A DNA stretch of 64,000 nt from Candidatus Limnocylindria bacterium (GTDB taxonomy: Bacteria > Chloroflexota > Limnocylindria > P2-11E), in NCBI GenBank assembly GCA_046262615.1, contig JBHEML010000008.1, positions 720-64,719 on the forward strand. Reading direction: 5' to 3'. A program made the translations under genes and the position numbers. The notes beneath the pieces are model-generated. The model worked only from the letters and a program-made list of their open reading frames with translations, was not told the origin of the DNA and made no database searches. Below are positions 1-8,745 of this stretch, piece by piece (position 1 is the stretch's first letter; the number at the start of each line of letters is the position of its first letter).

Positions 1-1232
1 AGTGCGAGCGAACGCATCCACGCGTAATGCGCGCGGACGCTCGGCAAGTATTCATCGCGCCAGAGGTCAGGGAGGCGACGGCTGAGGTCGCGCACGCGCG
101 CCTCGGCGACCGCGCGCGCCCGCGGCAGTTGGTCCTCTCCGACCAGGTGGCGGCCGCCGAAATAGATCCATCCGTTCTGCGCCTGGTAACGCACGAGCGT
201 CGGCTGTCCGAGGATCCGCGCCCGGCCACGCACCCCGGCACTCGGCCCCTCGACGACGTACTCCACGGAGAGCGGGGGCGCGTGCTCGCCGTGGTGCGCT
301 TCATCCCTGTGCCACGTGAGCTCCGCATCCGCGGGATCGCTCCACGTCACCGGAAACTCCGCAAACTCCGCTTCGCCCACGAGGGCGGTGATCGGGCGCG
401 ATTGCAGGAGGACCAGCCGGCCCGCGACGAACGCGCACTCGACGTCCACCGGCCCGCCTGTCTCCCTTTCGAGATCGAGCGCGAGCCGGGCCACGCTCCG
501 CACGGCCTCTTCGTCGAGGGCGGCGCGCGTTCGTCGTTCCTCGGGGACAGGGATCACGACGACCGCGCCGTCGCGTCTGTGCGCCATTACGCGCTTGTCC
601 GAGACCTCCGTTGACAGCAGGGCGAGGTCCGCCTTGCGCAGGGTGAAGGTGTCAGGTGTGACGGTTCCCGAGGCGATCGTCTCCCCCAACCCCCAACTCG
701 CGTTCACCACCACCCGCTCCCGGTCGCCGGACACCGGATCGGAGGTGAAGGCGATCGCCGCGACGTCCGCCTCGACGAATTCCTGCACGAGCACCGCGAT
801 CCGCGGTGGGCCGTCGATGCCCTTCTCGCGCCGGTAGGCGAGAGCGCGCTCGTCGGAGACCGAGCGCCAGCAGCGGAGGACCGCATCGGCGATGGCGTCG
901 ACCCCGTGCACCCCGAGGACCGTGTCGTGCTGTCCCGCGAATGAGGCGTCGCTCCCGTCCTCGCCGATGGCCGAGGATCGGACGGCGACGGCGACCTGGC
1001 CCCCTCCCAGGCGTGCCTGCAGTCGCTCGAGGCCGACCGCCACGAGAGCGCGCAGCTCCGAGCGCGCGCGTTCGTCGCCCGCCACCGCACCAGAGAGACG
1101 ATCGAACACGGCAGCCTCGAGACAGAAGCCGGGCGGAACGTCGTACCGCAACGCCAGCCGGCTCAGGGTGGCGGCCTTGGATCCGACCGAATCAGCGTCC
1201 GAAGTCTCGGCCTCACCGAGGAACGCGACCAT
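1..1232 (-). CDS. PEP/pyruvate-binding (PPDK_N, ATP-grasp) domain protein of the pyruvate,water dikinase / PEP synthase family; 3' end runs off the window
   Basis: Hand translation of the minus strand from ATG 1232..1230 stays open to position 1. It is absent from the track because there is no stop in the window. Sequence: MVAFLGEAETSDADSVGSKAATLSRLALRYDVPPGF...VAVRSSAIGEDGSDASFAGQHDTVLGV...AVLVQEFVEADVAAIAFTSDPVSGD...WGLGETIASGTVTPDTF...LLQSRPIT. These are the hallmark motifs of the PPDK_N domain. Confidence 0.75.
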   Translation of the reverse strand, partial: MVAFLGEAETSDADSVGSKAATLSRLALRYDVPPGFCLEAAVFDRLSGAVAGDERARSELRALVAVGLERLQARLGGGQVAVAVRSSAIGEDGSDASFAGQHDTVLGVHGVDAIADAVLRCWRSVSDERALAYRREKGIDGPPRIAVLVQEFVEADVAAIAFTSDPVSGDRERVVVNASWGLGETIASGTVTPDTFTLRKADLALLSTEVSDKRVMAHRRDGAVVVIPVPEERRTRAALDEEAVRSVARLALDLERETGGPVDVECAFVAGRLVLLQSRPITALVGEAEFAEFPVTWSDPADAELTWHRDEAHHGEHAPPLSVEYVVEGPSAGVRGRARILGQPTLVRYQAQNGWIYFGGRHLVGEDQLPRARAVAEARVRDLSRRLPDLWRDEYLPSVRAHYAWMRSLA

Positions 1233-1294
1233 GGAGACGGCAGTGTACGCAGCTCGCGGCGGTCGACGCGCCGCGGAGGCGGGACGCTCGCGTC

Positions 1295-1765
1295 ATGATG
1301 CGGCCAACGGTGGGATCGATCAGCGGACCTTCAGGCGAGCCGCAGGGACGCGACGCGACCGGGCCGAAGATCTCGCTCGCTGACGCGCGGCGGGTCCTCG
1401 ACGGATCGCCGTTCGCGCAGTGGTGGGGATTCACTCTCGAAGGCATCGGCGAGGGCGAGGCGACGATGCTCCTTCCCTTCCGCGCCGAGATGCTCCGGCC
1501 CGGCGGGTTCCTGCAAGGTGGCGCGTCGATGGCGCTGGCCGATGCGGCGTTCTGGCTCGCGCTGATGACCGTCGTCGGCGAGGAGCCGATGGCCCTCACG
1601 CTCGAGATGAAGACGAACTTCCTGCGGGGTGCGCGAGGGGACCTCCGGTGCCGCGCGCGCGTGCTGAAGGCGGGCCGCCGCATCGTCTACGGAGAGGCGA
1701 GCACCACCGAGCGCGACGTCCTCGTCGCGCACCACACGCTCACGTACATGCGCGCGCCTGCGTAG
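1295..1765 (+). CDS. PaaI-family (hot-dog fold) thioesterase
   Basis: C-terminal 156 aa of track ORF 806..1765, starting at ATG 1295. Motifs: ...FAQWWGFTLEGIGEGEATMLLPF...GFLQGGASMALADAAFWLAL...LEMKTNFLRGA...GRRIVYGEA. The upstream part of the track ORF is Arg/Pro-rich antisense of the neighbouring gene. Confidence 0.8.
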   Translation: MMRPTVGSISGPSGEPQGRDATGPKISLADARRVLDGSPFAQWWGFTLEGIGEGEATMLLPFRAEMLRPGGFLQGGASMALADAAFWLALMTVVGEEPMALTLEMKTNFLRGARGDLRCRARVLKAGRRIVYGEASTTERDVLVAHHTLTYMRAPA

Positions 1766-1774
1766 GCGATCCGG

Positions 1775-3454
1775 TCAGGGCGCTTTCTTCGGCAGCGGCG
1801 TCGGCGTCGTGGGCGGGATCGTCGCCGAGTCGGTCGTCCCCGCCGGTGCCGGCGTCGCGATCGGCGGCAGCGGCGTCGCGCTCGGCGCGGGCGACTGGCC
1901 GGGCACCGCCGTGGGGCTCGGCGTCGGCGTCTCGCTCGGTGGCGCGGAGGACGCCGCGGCCGGGAGCGCGGACGGGCTCGACGTTGGCGTCGGCGATGCC
2001 TTCGCGGTCGGCGACGGCGCGACCGCCGAAGTGGGCTCGGCGCTGCGGGCGGGCTCCGAGGTCCGCCTCGGTGCCGCGGTGCTTGCGGGTTCCTGCGGTC
2101 CGTCGTTCGCGCCGCCACGACCTCCCGGTTGCGCTGGGCCCGCAGCACCGGAGGCCGCGGGAAGTCCGCCGCCGGAGGTCGAGGCCGAGCCCGACGCGAC
2201 GGTAACCGCCGCCGCGTGGGCCACACTCTCCGCGCGGCGCGCCCGCTTCGAGACCTCGGGGGCCGACGCCTCGGTCCCCTCCGCGAGCTGGTTGGCCGTC
2301 GTCGTCGCGGTCTCGGCGAGACGAAGCGCGATCGACGCGCCGGGCTGCGGCGGGACGGGCGTCGTGACCGCGGCGAGCACGCCGGCGGCACCGCTCGTGG
2401 CGGGGTAGCCCGCGAGAGCGGTGGCGATCTCGCGGGCCTCGACCTGCTTCTGGACCAGTTGCTCGGTGAGCCGGGCGACGGCGGGGGTTGACGGAACGTG
2501 ATCACGCTCGGCATTCACGGCGATGGCGGCCGCGGTCGCGAGGTGCTCGATGTACTGGCCGACTGTCTCGATCGCGAGCTGCGCGCTGCCCCGCTGCATT
2601 AGCACGCGCGCTTCGTCGAGACGGTTCGACGCGATGGAAAGCTCGACAGCGGTACGGTCCTGTGGAGCAAATGCGAGCGCAGTCTGGACCGCTTCGCCGG
2701 CGAGTTTCACCGGGTAGAGCAGCTCGCTCGGGAGCGATCCCGCGCTGGCCGGGCCGGCCGCCGCCGCGCTCAGGCTGCCGATCAGAATAAGCCCCGCGGC
2801 CCAGCGGGCCGCGAGCGGCACCGTCCGTGCGGCCGCCCGTTGCATGGGCTGCGACCCGAACTCCGCGACCTGCGGAACGCGATCGCCTCGCGCCTGCAAC
2901 TGGAGCGTGGCGCGGCGCAGGTGGCCGCGGACCGTGGCGGGATCGACGGCCAGCGACCGGGCGATCTGATCATCTGACCAGCCGCGCCCGACGAGCGTCA
3001 TGACCTCGCGCTGCCGGGGTGTCAGCACGGCGTACGCACCGGCCGACTCGCCGTTGTCGCGCAACCAGGCGGACAGGGCCTCGCGCTCGAACCCGAGGTG
3101 GCCGGCGAGCGCACGGCGCATGGATCGTCGCAAGGCGACCGGCGGCTGGGAGCCATCGATGTACCCGATGACGCCGCGCGACAGCGCCTGCACCGCCTCG
3201 TTCCGGTCGTACCTGTTGGCGACGACGATCGTGTTCCAGCGGTCCCGGGCGGAGCGCACGGCTTTCCAGTCGAGCGGTCCATATGAGGCGATCACGACAA
3301 GGTCCACCGCGTTCCCGATCTCCTGCGGCGCGGCGAGGAGACGTGCCGGGTCGGGGACGGTCAGCACGACAGCGCCCGTGCCCGCGCCGGTGACGGCGTC
3401 AATGACGGTGCCGACCGGGTCGATGACCGCGATGCAGCGCTGCACGGCGCTCAT
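1775..3454 (-). CDS. membrane-anchored LuxR/GerE-family regulator: pseudo-receiver, HTH, one TM helix, DUF5667-like extracytoplasmic domain and Pro/Thr/Ser-rich tail
   Basis: Track ORF, ATG at 3454. The receiver-like N-terminus lacks the acceptor Asp context (DLVVIAS). LuxR HTH: LTPRQREVMTLVGRGWSDDQIARSLAVDPATVRGHL. TM helix: AARWAAGLILIGSLSAAAAG. DUF5667-like segment: LLYPVKLAGEAVQTALAF...SNRLDEAR. The last ~170 aa are low-complexity P/T/S/A. Confidence 0.7.
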   Translation of the reverse strand: MSAVQRCIAVIDPVGTVIDAVTGAGTGAVVLTVPDPARLLAAPQEIGNAVDLVVIASYGPLDWKAVRSARDRWNTIVVANRYDRNEAVQALSRGVIGYIDGSQPPVALRRSMRRALAGHLGFEREALSAWLRDNGESAGAYAVLTPRQREVMTLVGRGWSDDQIARSLAVDPATVRGHLRRATLQLQARGDRVPQVAEFGSQPMQRAAARTVPLAARWAAGLILIGSLSAAAAGPASAGSLPSELLYPVKLAGEAVQTALAFAPQDRTAVELSIASNRLDEARVLMQRGSAQLAIETVGQYIEHLATAAAIAVNAERDHVPSTPAVARLTEQLVQKQVEAREIATALAGYPATSGAAGVLAAVTTPVPPQPGASIALRLAETATTTANQLAEGTEASAPEVSKRARRAESVAHAAAVTVASGSASTSGGGLPAASGAAGPAQPGGRGGANDGPQEPASTAAPRRTSEPARSAEPTSAVAPSPTAKASPTPTSSPSALPAAASSAPPSETPTPSPTAVPGQSPAPSATPLPPIATPAPAGTTDSATIPPTTPTPLPKKAP

Positions 3455-3738
3455 GCGGCTCTCACCGATGCGGGCCGAGGCGCGCGATGGTCATGCCGAA
3501 TGTCGGTCCCCCTGTCATCCGCCGCTCGCTTGACCGCCGACCCGTCACGTTGCCACCGGCGACCGCCCTCGCCCGGCACGCGCCCGTTACCGATCCAGAC
3601 GTGATGGCGGTGCGCATCCACCGAGACGAGCGCTCGCGCCACCTGCGCCCATCTTACCGACGATCGGGCAAGGCAGTGAGGCACTCTCAAGCGATCGCTG
3701 TCTCGTACTCAAGGCATCCGAGCGCTGCGCGAGGACCG

Positions 3739-5001
3739 CTAAAGCGCGAACTCGCCCGGCGCGATGCTGTCACGCCCCCCGAGATACGGCCGCACGGCGG
3801 AGGGGATCTCGAGCGATCCGTCCTGCCGCTGATAGTTCTCGAGGATCGCTATGAGCAGCCGCGGCAGCGCGACTCCTGACGCGTTCAGGACGTGGACGTA
3901 CTCGGCCTTGCCTCCGGGCTCGCGGCGGAAGCGGATGTTCGCGCGCTCCGACTGGAAGTCGCCGCAGTCGCTCGCCGACGACACCTCGAGCCACTCGCCC
4001 ATCGCCGGGCCCCAGGCGTCGATGTCGAAGCCGCGCATCGCGGTGAAGCCGAGGTCGCCCGTGCAGCGCTCCGTGACCCGGAGGGGAAGCTCGAGCCGCT
4101 CGAGGACCTCCACCGCGCGTGCGGTCAGGAACTCCAGCTCCTTCGGGGAGTCCTCCGGCCTGCAGAACACGACCATCTCGACCTTGTCGAACGCGTGTCC
4201 CCGCTTTATTCCGCGCACGTCGCGGCCCGCGCTCATGTGCTCCCGCCTGAAGCACGACGTGTACGCGACGTAGCGGGCGGGAAGACGCTCGAGCGGGATG
4301 ACCTCCCCGCGATGCAGCGACACAAGCTGCGGTTCCGCGGTCGGTATGAGCCACACATCGTCGTCCTCGTCGCGGTACAGGTTCTCGTCGAAATGCGGGA
4401 GGTGGCCGCTGGCGACGAGCGTCTCGCGCCTGGTCACGAACGGCGGGTAGATCTCGATGAACCCGTGCGGAAGTTTCAGATCGATCATCCACGCGATGAG
4501 CGCACGCTGCAGCGCCGCGCCGGCGCCGCGGAGCACATAAAAGCGCGAGCCGGAGAGCCGGGTGCCTCTCGGGATATCGAGGATGCCGAGCGACTCGCCG
4601 ATCTCCCAGTGCGGCCGCGCTGCCGACGCGCGCTCCCCCGGGTCATCCTGGCGAAGGACGCGGTTCGCGTGCTCGTCGTCCCCGACCGGGACCGCCGGGT
4701 CGATCCGGTTGGGTATCCAGAGGGCGTGCCCCTGGAGCTCCGCGTCCGCGGCGTCCAGCTCCGTCTCGATCGCGCGGACGCGGTCGCCCACCTCCCGCAT
4801 CCGCGCCTTGACCGCTTCGGACGGCGGCCCCCCGCGGCTGACGCGGTTCCTCTCCGCACGGAGCGCTTCCGTTTCGCTCTTGAGGCGGCGTACCGTCTCG
4901 TCGAGCTCGATGATGCGGTCGAGGGGCGCCTCGAAGCGGCGCGCCTTGAGCGTCGCGCGCACGCCGCCCGGGTCCGTGCGGATCCACTCGATGGGTCTCA
5001 C
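3739..5001 (-). CDS. serS: serine--tRNA ligase
   Basis: Track ORF 3739..5214 trimmed to the in-frame GTG at 5001 (VRPIEWIRTDPGGVRATL..., a typical SerRS N-terminus). N-terminal coiled-coil arm. Class II motifs: FRREHMSAGRDVRGIKRGHAFDKVE and NASGVALPRLLIAILENYQ. Confidence 0.9.
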   Translation of the reverse strand: MRPIEWIRTDPGGVRATLKARRFEAPLDRIIELDETVRRLKSETEALRAERNRVSRGGPPSEAVKARMREVGDRVRAIETELDAADAELQGHALWIPNRIDPAVPVGDDEHANRVLRQDDPGERASAARPHWEIGESLGILDIPRGTRLSGSRFYVLRGAGAALQRALIAWMIDLKLPHGFIEIYPPFVTRRETLVASGHLPHFDENLYRDEDDDVWLIPTAEPQLVSLHRGEVIPLERLPARYVAYTSCFRREHMSAGRDVRGIKRGHAFDKVEMVVFCRPEDSPKELEFLTARAVEVLERLELPLRVTERCTGDLGFTAMRGFDIDAWGPAMGEWLEVSSASDCGDFQSERANIRFRREPGGKAEYVHVLNASGVALPRLLIAILENYQRQDGSLEIPSAVRPYLGGRDSIAPGEFAL

Positions 5002-5039
5002 TGGCGCGCCATTATCCGTGCGGCGGTAGTGTCCGGCAC

Positions 5040-6305
5040 GTGACGCCCGCGAGCGACGACGTCGTGCTCGTCGCGTTCGAGGGACCGGACCGCTATTCCT
5101 TCGTCGGCGGCCTCGCGACGCGCATGAACGACCTCGCGGAGGCGCTCGTCGGCCGCGGGTACCGCGTGCGGCACCTCTTCGTCGGAGACCCGGCCGCCCC
5201 GGCGACCGAGACAAGACGCGGCGGGCGGTTGCTCCTCGAACGCTGGTGCCAGTGGATCAGCGTCCACCATCCGCGCGATGTCTACGACGGCGAGACTGGC
5301 AAGTGGCGGGACTTCACCAGGACCGTTCCGCGGCACCTGGTCGACGACGTGATCGTCCCGGCGACAGCGGCGGGCCGCCGCACCGTCGTCATGTTCGAGG
5401 ATTGGCAGACCGCGGACGCCGCGATCGCGACCGCCGCGCTGCTGCGCGCCCGCGGCATCCCGCGGGCGGCGCTTCTCTGGAACGCCAACAACACCTACGG
5501 GCTTGGTGGTGTCGACCTCGATCTCTTGGCCCGTGCAGCCACGGTCACGACCGTGTCGCGATTCATGCGCGCCGAGCTCGCCCGGCTCGGCCTAGACGCG
5601 GAGGTGCTCCCTAACGGCATCGCGGAACGCCAGCTTGCAGCCGTCCCGGGTGGCGACGTGACAACCCTGAGGAAGGCGTTCGGGGCGCGCCCGACGCTGC
5701 TCAAGGTCGCCCGCTTCGACGCGGACAAGCGCTGGCTTTGGGCGATCGACGCCGTCGCCGCCCTGCGCGATGCGGGGACATGGCCCCGGCTGCTGATGCG
5801 CGGCAGCCGCAGCGACTACGGCGACGTGGTCGGCGCGCGCATCCGGGCGCGCGGCCTGCGGGTCCAACGGGTCGAGCTCGGTGCGGATATGCCGCTCAGG
5901 GAGGCCGCCAACGCGCTCGCGGACGCGGACGCCGAGGTGGTCTTCCTCGATTTCTTCGTTCCGGAGCGGCTGTTGCGCGCCCTGTACGCCGCGTCCGACG
6001 GCGTGCTCGCGAACTCGGAGCGGGAGCCGTTCGGTCTCGTCGGCCTCGAGGTCATGGCGTGCGGAGGGATCGCGTTCGTCGGCCGCACCGGCGAGGACTA
6101 CGCGATGCCGTACGGCAACGCCGTCGTGATCCAGAGCGACGACCCGGCGGAGCTCGCGGCGCACCTGCGAAGGCTTGCGGAGCGACCGGATCTGCTGAGC
6201 TCCATTCGCTCCGAAGGTCGCGCCACCGCGCGGCGTTTCGCCTGGCCGCGCATCCTCGAAGTGCTGGAGGCGTCCTGGGACGACGCGCTCGCGCGCGGCG
6301 GCTGA
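5040..6305 (+). CDS. GT4-family (GT-B fold) glycosyltransferase
   Basis: Track ORF, GTG start. N-terminus VVLVAFEGPDRYSFVGGLATRMNDLAEAL. C-terminal E-x7-E region SEREPFGLVGLEVMACGG. Confidence 0.8.
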   Translation: MTPASDDVVLVAFEGPDRYSFVGGLATRMNDLAEALVGRGYRVRHLFVGDPAAPATETRRGGRLLLERWCQWISVHHPRDVYDGETGKWRDFTRTVPRHLVDDVIVPATAAGRRTVVMFEDWQTADAAIATAALLRARGIPRAALLWNANNTYGLGGVDLDLLARAATVTTVSRFMRAELARLGLDAEVLPNGIAERQLAAVPGGDVTTLRKAFGARPTLLKVARFDADKRWLWAIDAVAALRDAGTWPRLLMRGSRSDYGDVVGARIRARGLRVQRVELGADMPLREAANALADADAEVVFLDFFVPERLLRALYAASDGVLANSEREPFGLVGLEVMACGGIAFVGRTGEDYAMPYGNAVVIQSDDPAELAAHLRRLAERPDLLSSIRSEGRATARRFAWPRILEVLEASWDDALARGG

Positions 6306-6310
6306 CAGGA

Positions 6311-7069
6311 CTACACCCGTTCCAGGAACTGGTACACCGCCGCGCGCCGGATCGATATCGGCACCTGCGGCCGCCGCGCGAGCCGCTCGCGCGTTCGCGG
6401 CGAGTACCCGGCCATGCGCCCGGAGTCGCCGACGTACGCGTCGAGCTCGTCGAGCCCGGGGAAACGGTAGCCGTACCAGGCGTGTCCGGCGCGGAGTCGC
6501 CTGAAGCGTCCTTCGCCGATCATCGTCTCGACCGCGGCGTCCGCGGCGGCATCGTCCCCCAGGGATTCGGAGGCGTACAGCAGGTGGCCGACGACGCGGC
6601 GATCGCGAAGCACGCGGGGGCGCCGGGAGCCGTCAGGCCGGAGGTCGACCAGCAGCGCGCCGGCGCGAAGCGCGGTGTGCGCCTGGTGGAGGGCATCGAC
6701 CATGCCCGATCGTCGGATGCATCAGAGCGACCACGAGAACACCGCCACGTCGAAACGACGCCGCCCGAGACGCAGGGCCTGGGCCGGCCTGACCAGGAAG
6801 ACCACGTTGCGCAGCCCCGCCGCCCGCGTGGCCAGCCGCGCCGCGTCGATCGCTGACGCATCCGGATCCACCGCGACCACGCGATGGGCGAGGGCGGCGA
6901 GGCCGAGCGTCAGCCTCCCGTCGCCCGAACCGACCTCGAGGACATCCTTTCCGCGGAGATGGCGCTCCGCGCCGATCGCGTGGATCTCGCGCGCGGGGTC
7001 CGGGCGGAAGGAACGGCCGCTGCAGCCAATGCGTCCGCACGGCCCGTCGCTTGGCAAGTCCCCGCTCAT
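6311..7069 (-). pseudogene. class I SAM-dependent methyltransferase interrupted by one in-frame TGA (6724..6722); pseudogene, sequencing error or recoding event
   Basis: Track ORFs 6722..7069 and 6311..6703 are in the same frame. Motif I (VLEVGSGDGRLT) and FDVAVFSWSL lie before the TGA. Downstream reads CIRRSGMVDALHQAHTALRAGALLVDLRP (the motif-III-like region). ATG 7069 overlaps the upstream GH57 stop (ATGA). Confidence 0.6.
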
Positions 7070-8745
7070 GCGTGCGGGCGTTCCGGCGCCACGCCCTGGA
7101 GCATGGCCCCGCCGTACGAGCCCGCGAGCCGCTCCTCATCGAGGATCGGGCGGCGGATCTCGGTCGGAGGCTCCGCTCCGGCGAACCACCAAACGACCTC
7201 GAGGTTCGCGCGGAACAGCGCGTCGAAGACAGCGTCCTCGGGGCTCGAATTGCGGCTCGAATACCACCAGAACCAGTCGCTGCCCTCCGCGACGAGTAGC
7301 GCCTGGCGCACCTTCGGCGGCATCGCCGATAGCACTCCCCATTGCTCCTGCGCGAATGCCCGCGTGCGGGCCAGCGCGGTCCACGCGCGCGCGTGCGCCG
7401 GTTCGCCGATCCACACGCCGAAATTCGCGTCGATCCACGAGCCGGAGTGGAGCGGCGGGATCTCCATCCTCGCGGGGTGCGCCTCGAGGAACTCGCTCAC
7501 CCGGACCGTCTCGAAGCGAGCGTCCGCCTGGAGCGTCCCGTACAGCGCGCGCAGGAAGTCGTTGCCGTTGTTCGGATACGCCTCCCAGGCGTTCTCGCCG
7601 TCGAGGATGATCGATGCGATGTAGGCACCGTCATCGTCTGGAAGGCGCTCGCGCGCGCGCGCAAGCTTTCCCACCAGATCCGAGACCGCGTCGGCCGGAG
7701 GCATCGATCCGTAGAGGAAGCCGATGCGGTCCGAAAGGTCGCGATCGCGGAAGATCGCCGTCGTGCCGTTCGACAGCCTGTACGCCCGGTAGAGCAGCTC
7801 CGGCTGCGACAGGACGCCCGCGTCATCGCGCTGGATCGTGAGGCCGGCCGACCTCGCGAGGACGCTCTCGTCCGAGGCGAACCACACCGCACCCGCGGCG
7901 GCGAAGAGGTCGGCGGCCTCGGGCGAGACCGCACCCTCCGACGGCCACAGCCCCCTCGGCTTTCCCCCGAAGACGCGAGCGTGGGACGAGAACGCGTCGG
8001 TAAGCTGGCGCGTCGCGTCCTCCGGATAGGCGAAGCGCACGTCGGGCAGGATCGCGTCCGGCGCTGAGCGCCGCGCGACGTCGGTGTCGATGAGCAGCGG
8101 GACGATGGGGTGGTAGTACGGGGTCGTCAGGATCTCGACCCGCCCGTCGCGCTCGAGCCGGTGGTACAGGTGGGGAACGCCCGATGCCATGAACCGCTGG
8201 CGGCCGACGACGTAGCGCACGTCCTCGCGCGTGAAACGGCGGCCGCGCAGACGCAGTGCCGAAAGCCGCTCGTCCCCGGTGATGTCGTCGGGGTCGATCC
8301 AGGCGAGGTTGAACCACAGCGACAGGTCGATGAAGTACTCGTCCGAAAGCAGCTCCGGGCGGTCGAGCGTCGACATCGCGAGCGAGAGCAGCCTGCGGTA
8401 CTCCTCGTAATGCGCGATGACATTGCCGTGATGGATGGAAAAGAACCGCCGCAGCATGTGCGCTCGCTCTTCGAGGGTCGGCGCCCCTTCGACGGTGCGC
8501 ATGGTGAGGCGCGAATCCTCGTCGTCGGAGCCGCGCGCGTAGTCCTCGAGCTGCTCGCGCAGCGACGGGACCATCGTGAAGTTGAGCTTGACGCCCGGGA
8601 ACTCGAGCAGCAGGCGCGCCATGTGGAGGTAGTCCTTCGACGCGTGCAGGCGCACCCAGGGCAGCGCGAACTCGCTCGTCTGCGGGTGTTTGTAGTACGG
8701 CTGGTGCATGTGCCAGATGATCGCGACCGCGAGCTTACCGTTCAC
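7066..8745 (-). CDS. glycoside hydrolase family 57 protein (alpha-glucan active; amylase/branching-enzyme type)
   Basis: C-terminal 559 aa of track ORF 7066..9315. GTG 8745 overlaps the upstream stop (GTGA). GH57 signatures: WHMHQPYY, ILDGENAWEAYP, GSDWFWWY. Confidence 0.85.
   Translation of the reverse strand: MNGKLAVAIIWHMHQPYYKHPQTSEFALPWVRLHASKDYLHMARLLLEFPGVKLNFTMVPSLREQLEDYARGSDDEDSRLTMRTVEGAPTLEERAHMLRRFFSIHHGNVIAHYEEYRRLLSLAMSTLDRPELLSDEYFIDLSLWFNLAWIDPDDITGDERLSALRLRGRRFTREDVRYVVGRQRFMASGVPHLYHRLERDGRVEILTTPYYHPIVPLLIDTDVARRSAPDAILPDVRFAYPEDATRQLTDAFSSHARVFGGKPRGLWPSEGAVSPEAADLFAAAGAVWFASDESVLARSAGLTIQRDDAGVLSQPELLYRAYRLSNGTTAIFRDRDLSDRIGFLYGSMPPADAVSDLVGKLARARERLPDDDGAYIASIILDGENAWEAYPNNGNDFLRALYGTLQADARFETVRVSEFLEAHPARMEIPPLHSGSWIDANFGVWIGEPAHARAWTALARTRAFAQEQWGVLSAMPPKVRQALLVAEGSDWFWWYSSRNSSPEDAVFDALFRANLEVVWWFAGAEPPTEIRRPILDEERLAGSYGGAMLQGVAPERPHA

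Noticed and set aside
6722-6724. Alternative genetic code (TGA read as Trp or Gly) to explain the in-frame TGA.
   Set aside because: TGA is the functional stop of most well-supported genes in this window, including all of the NTGA overlaps.
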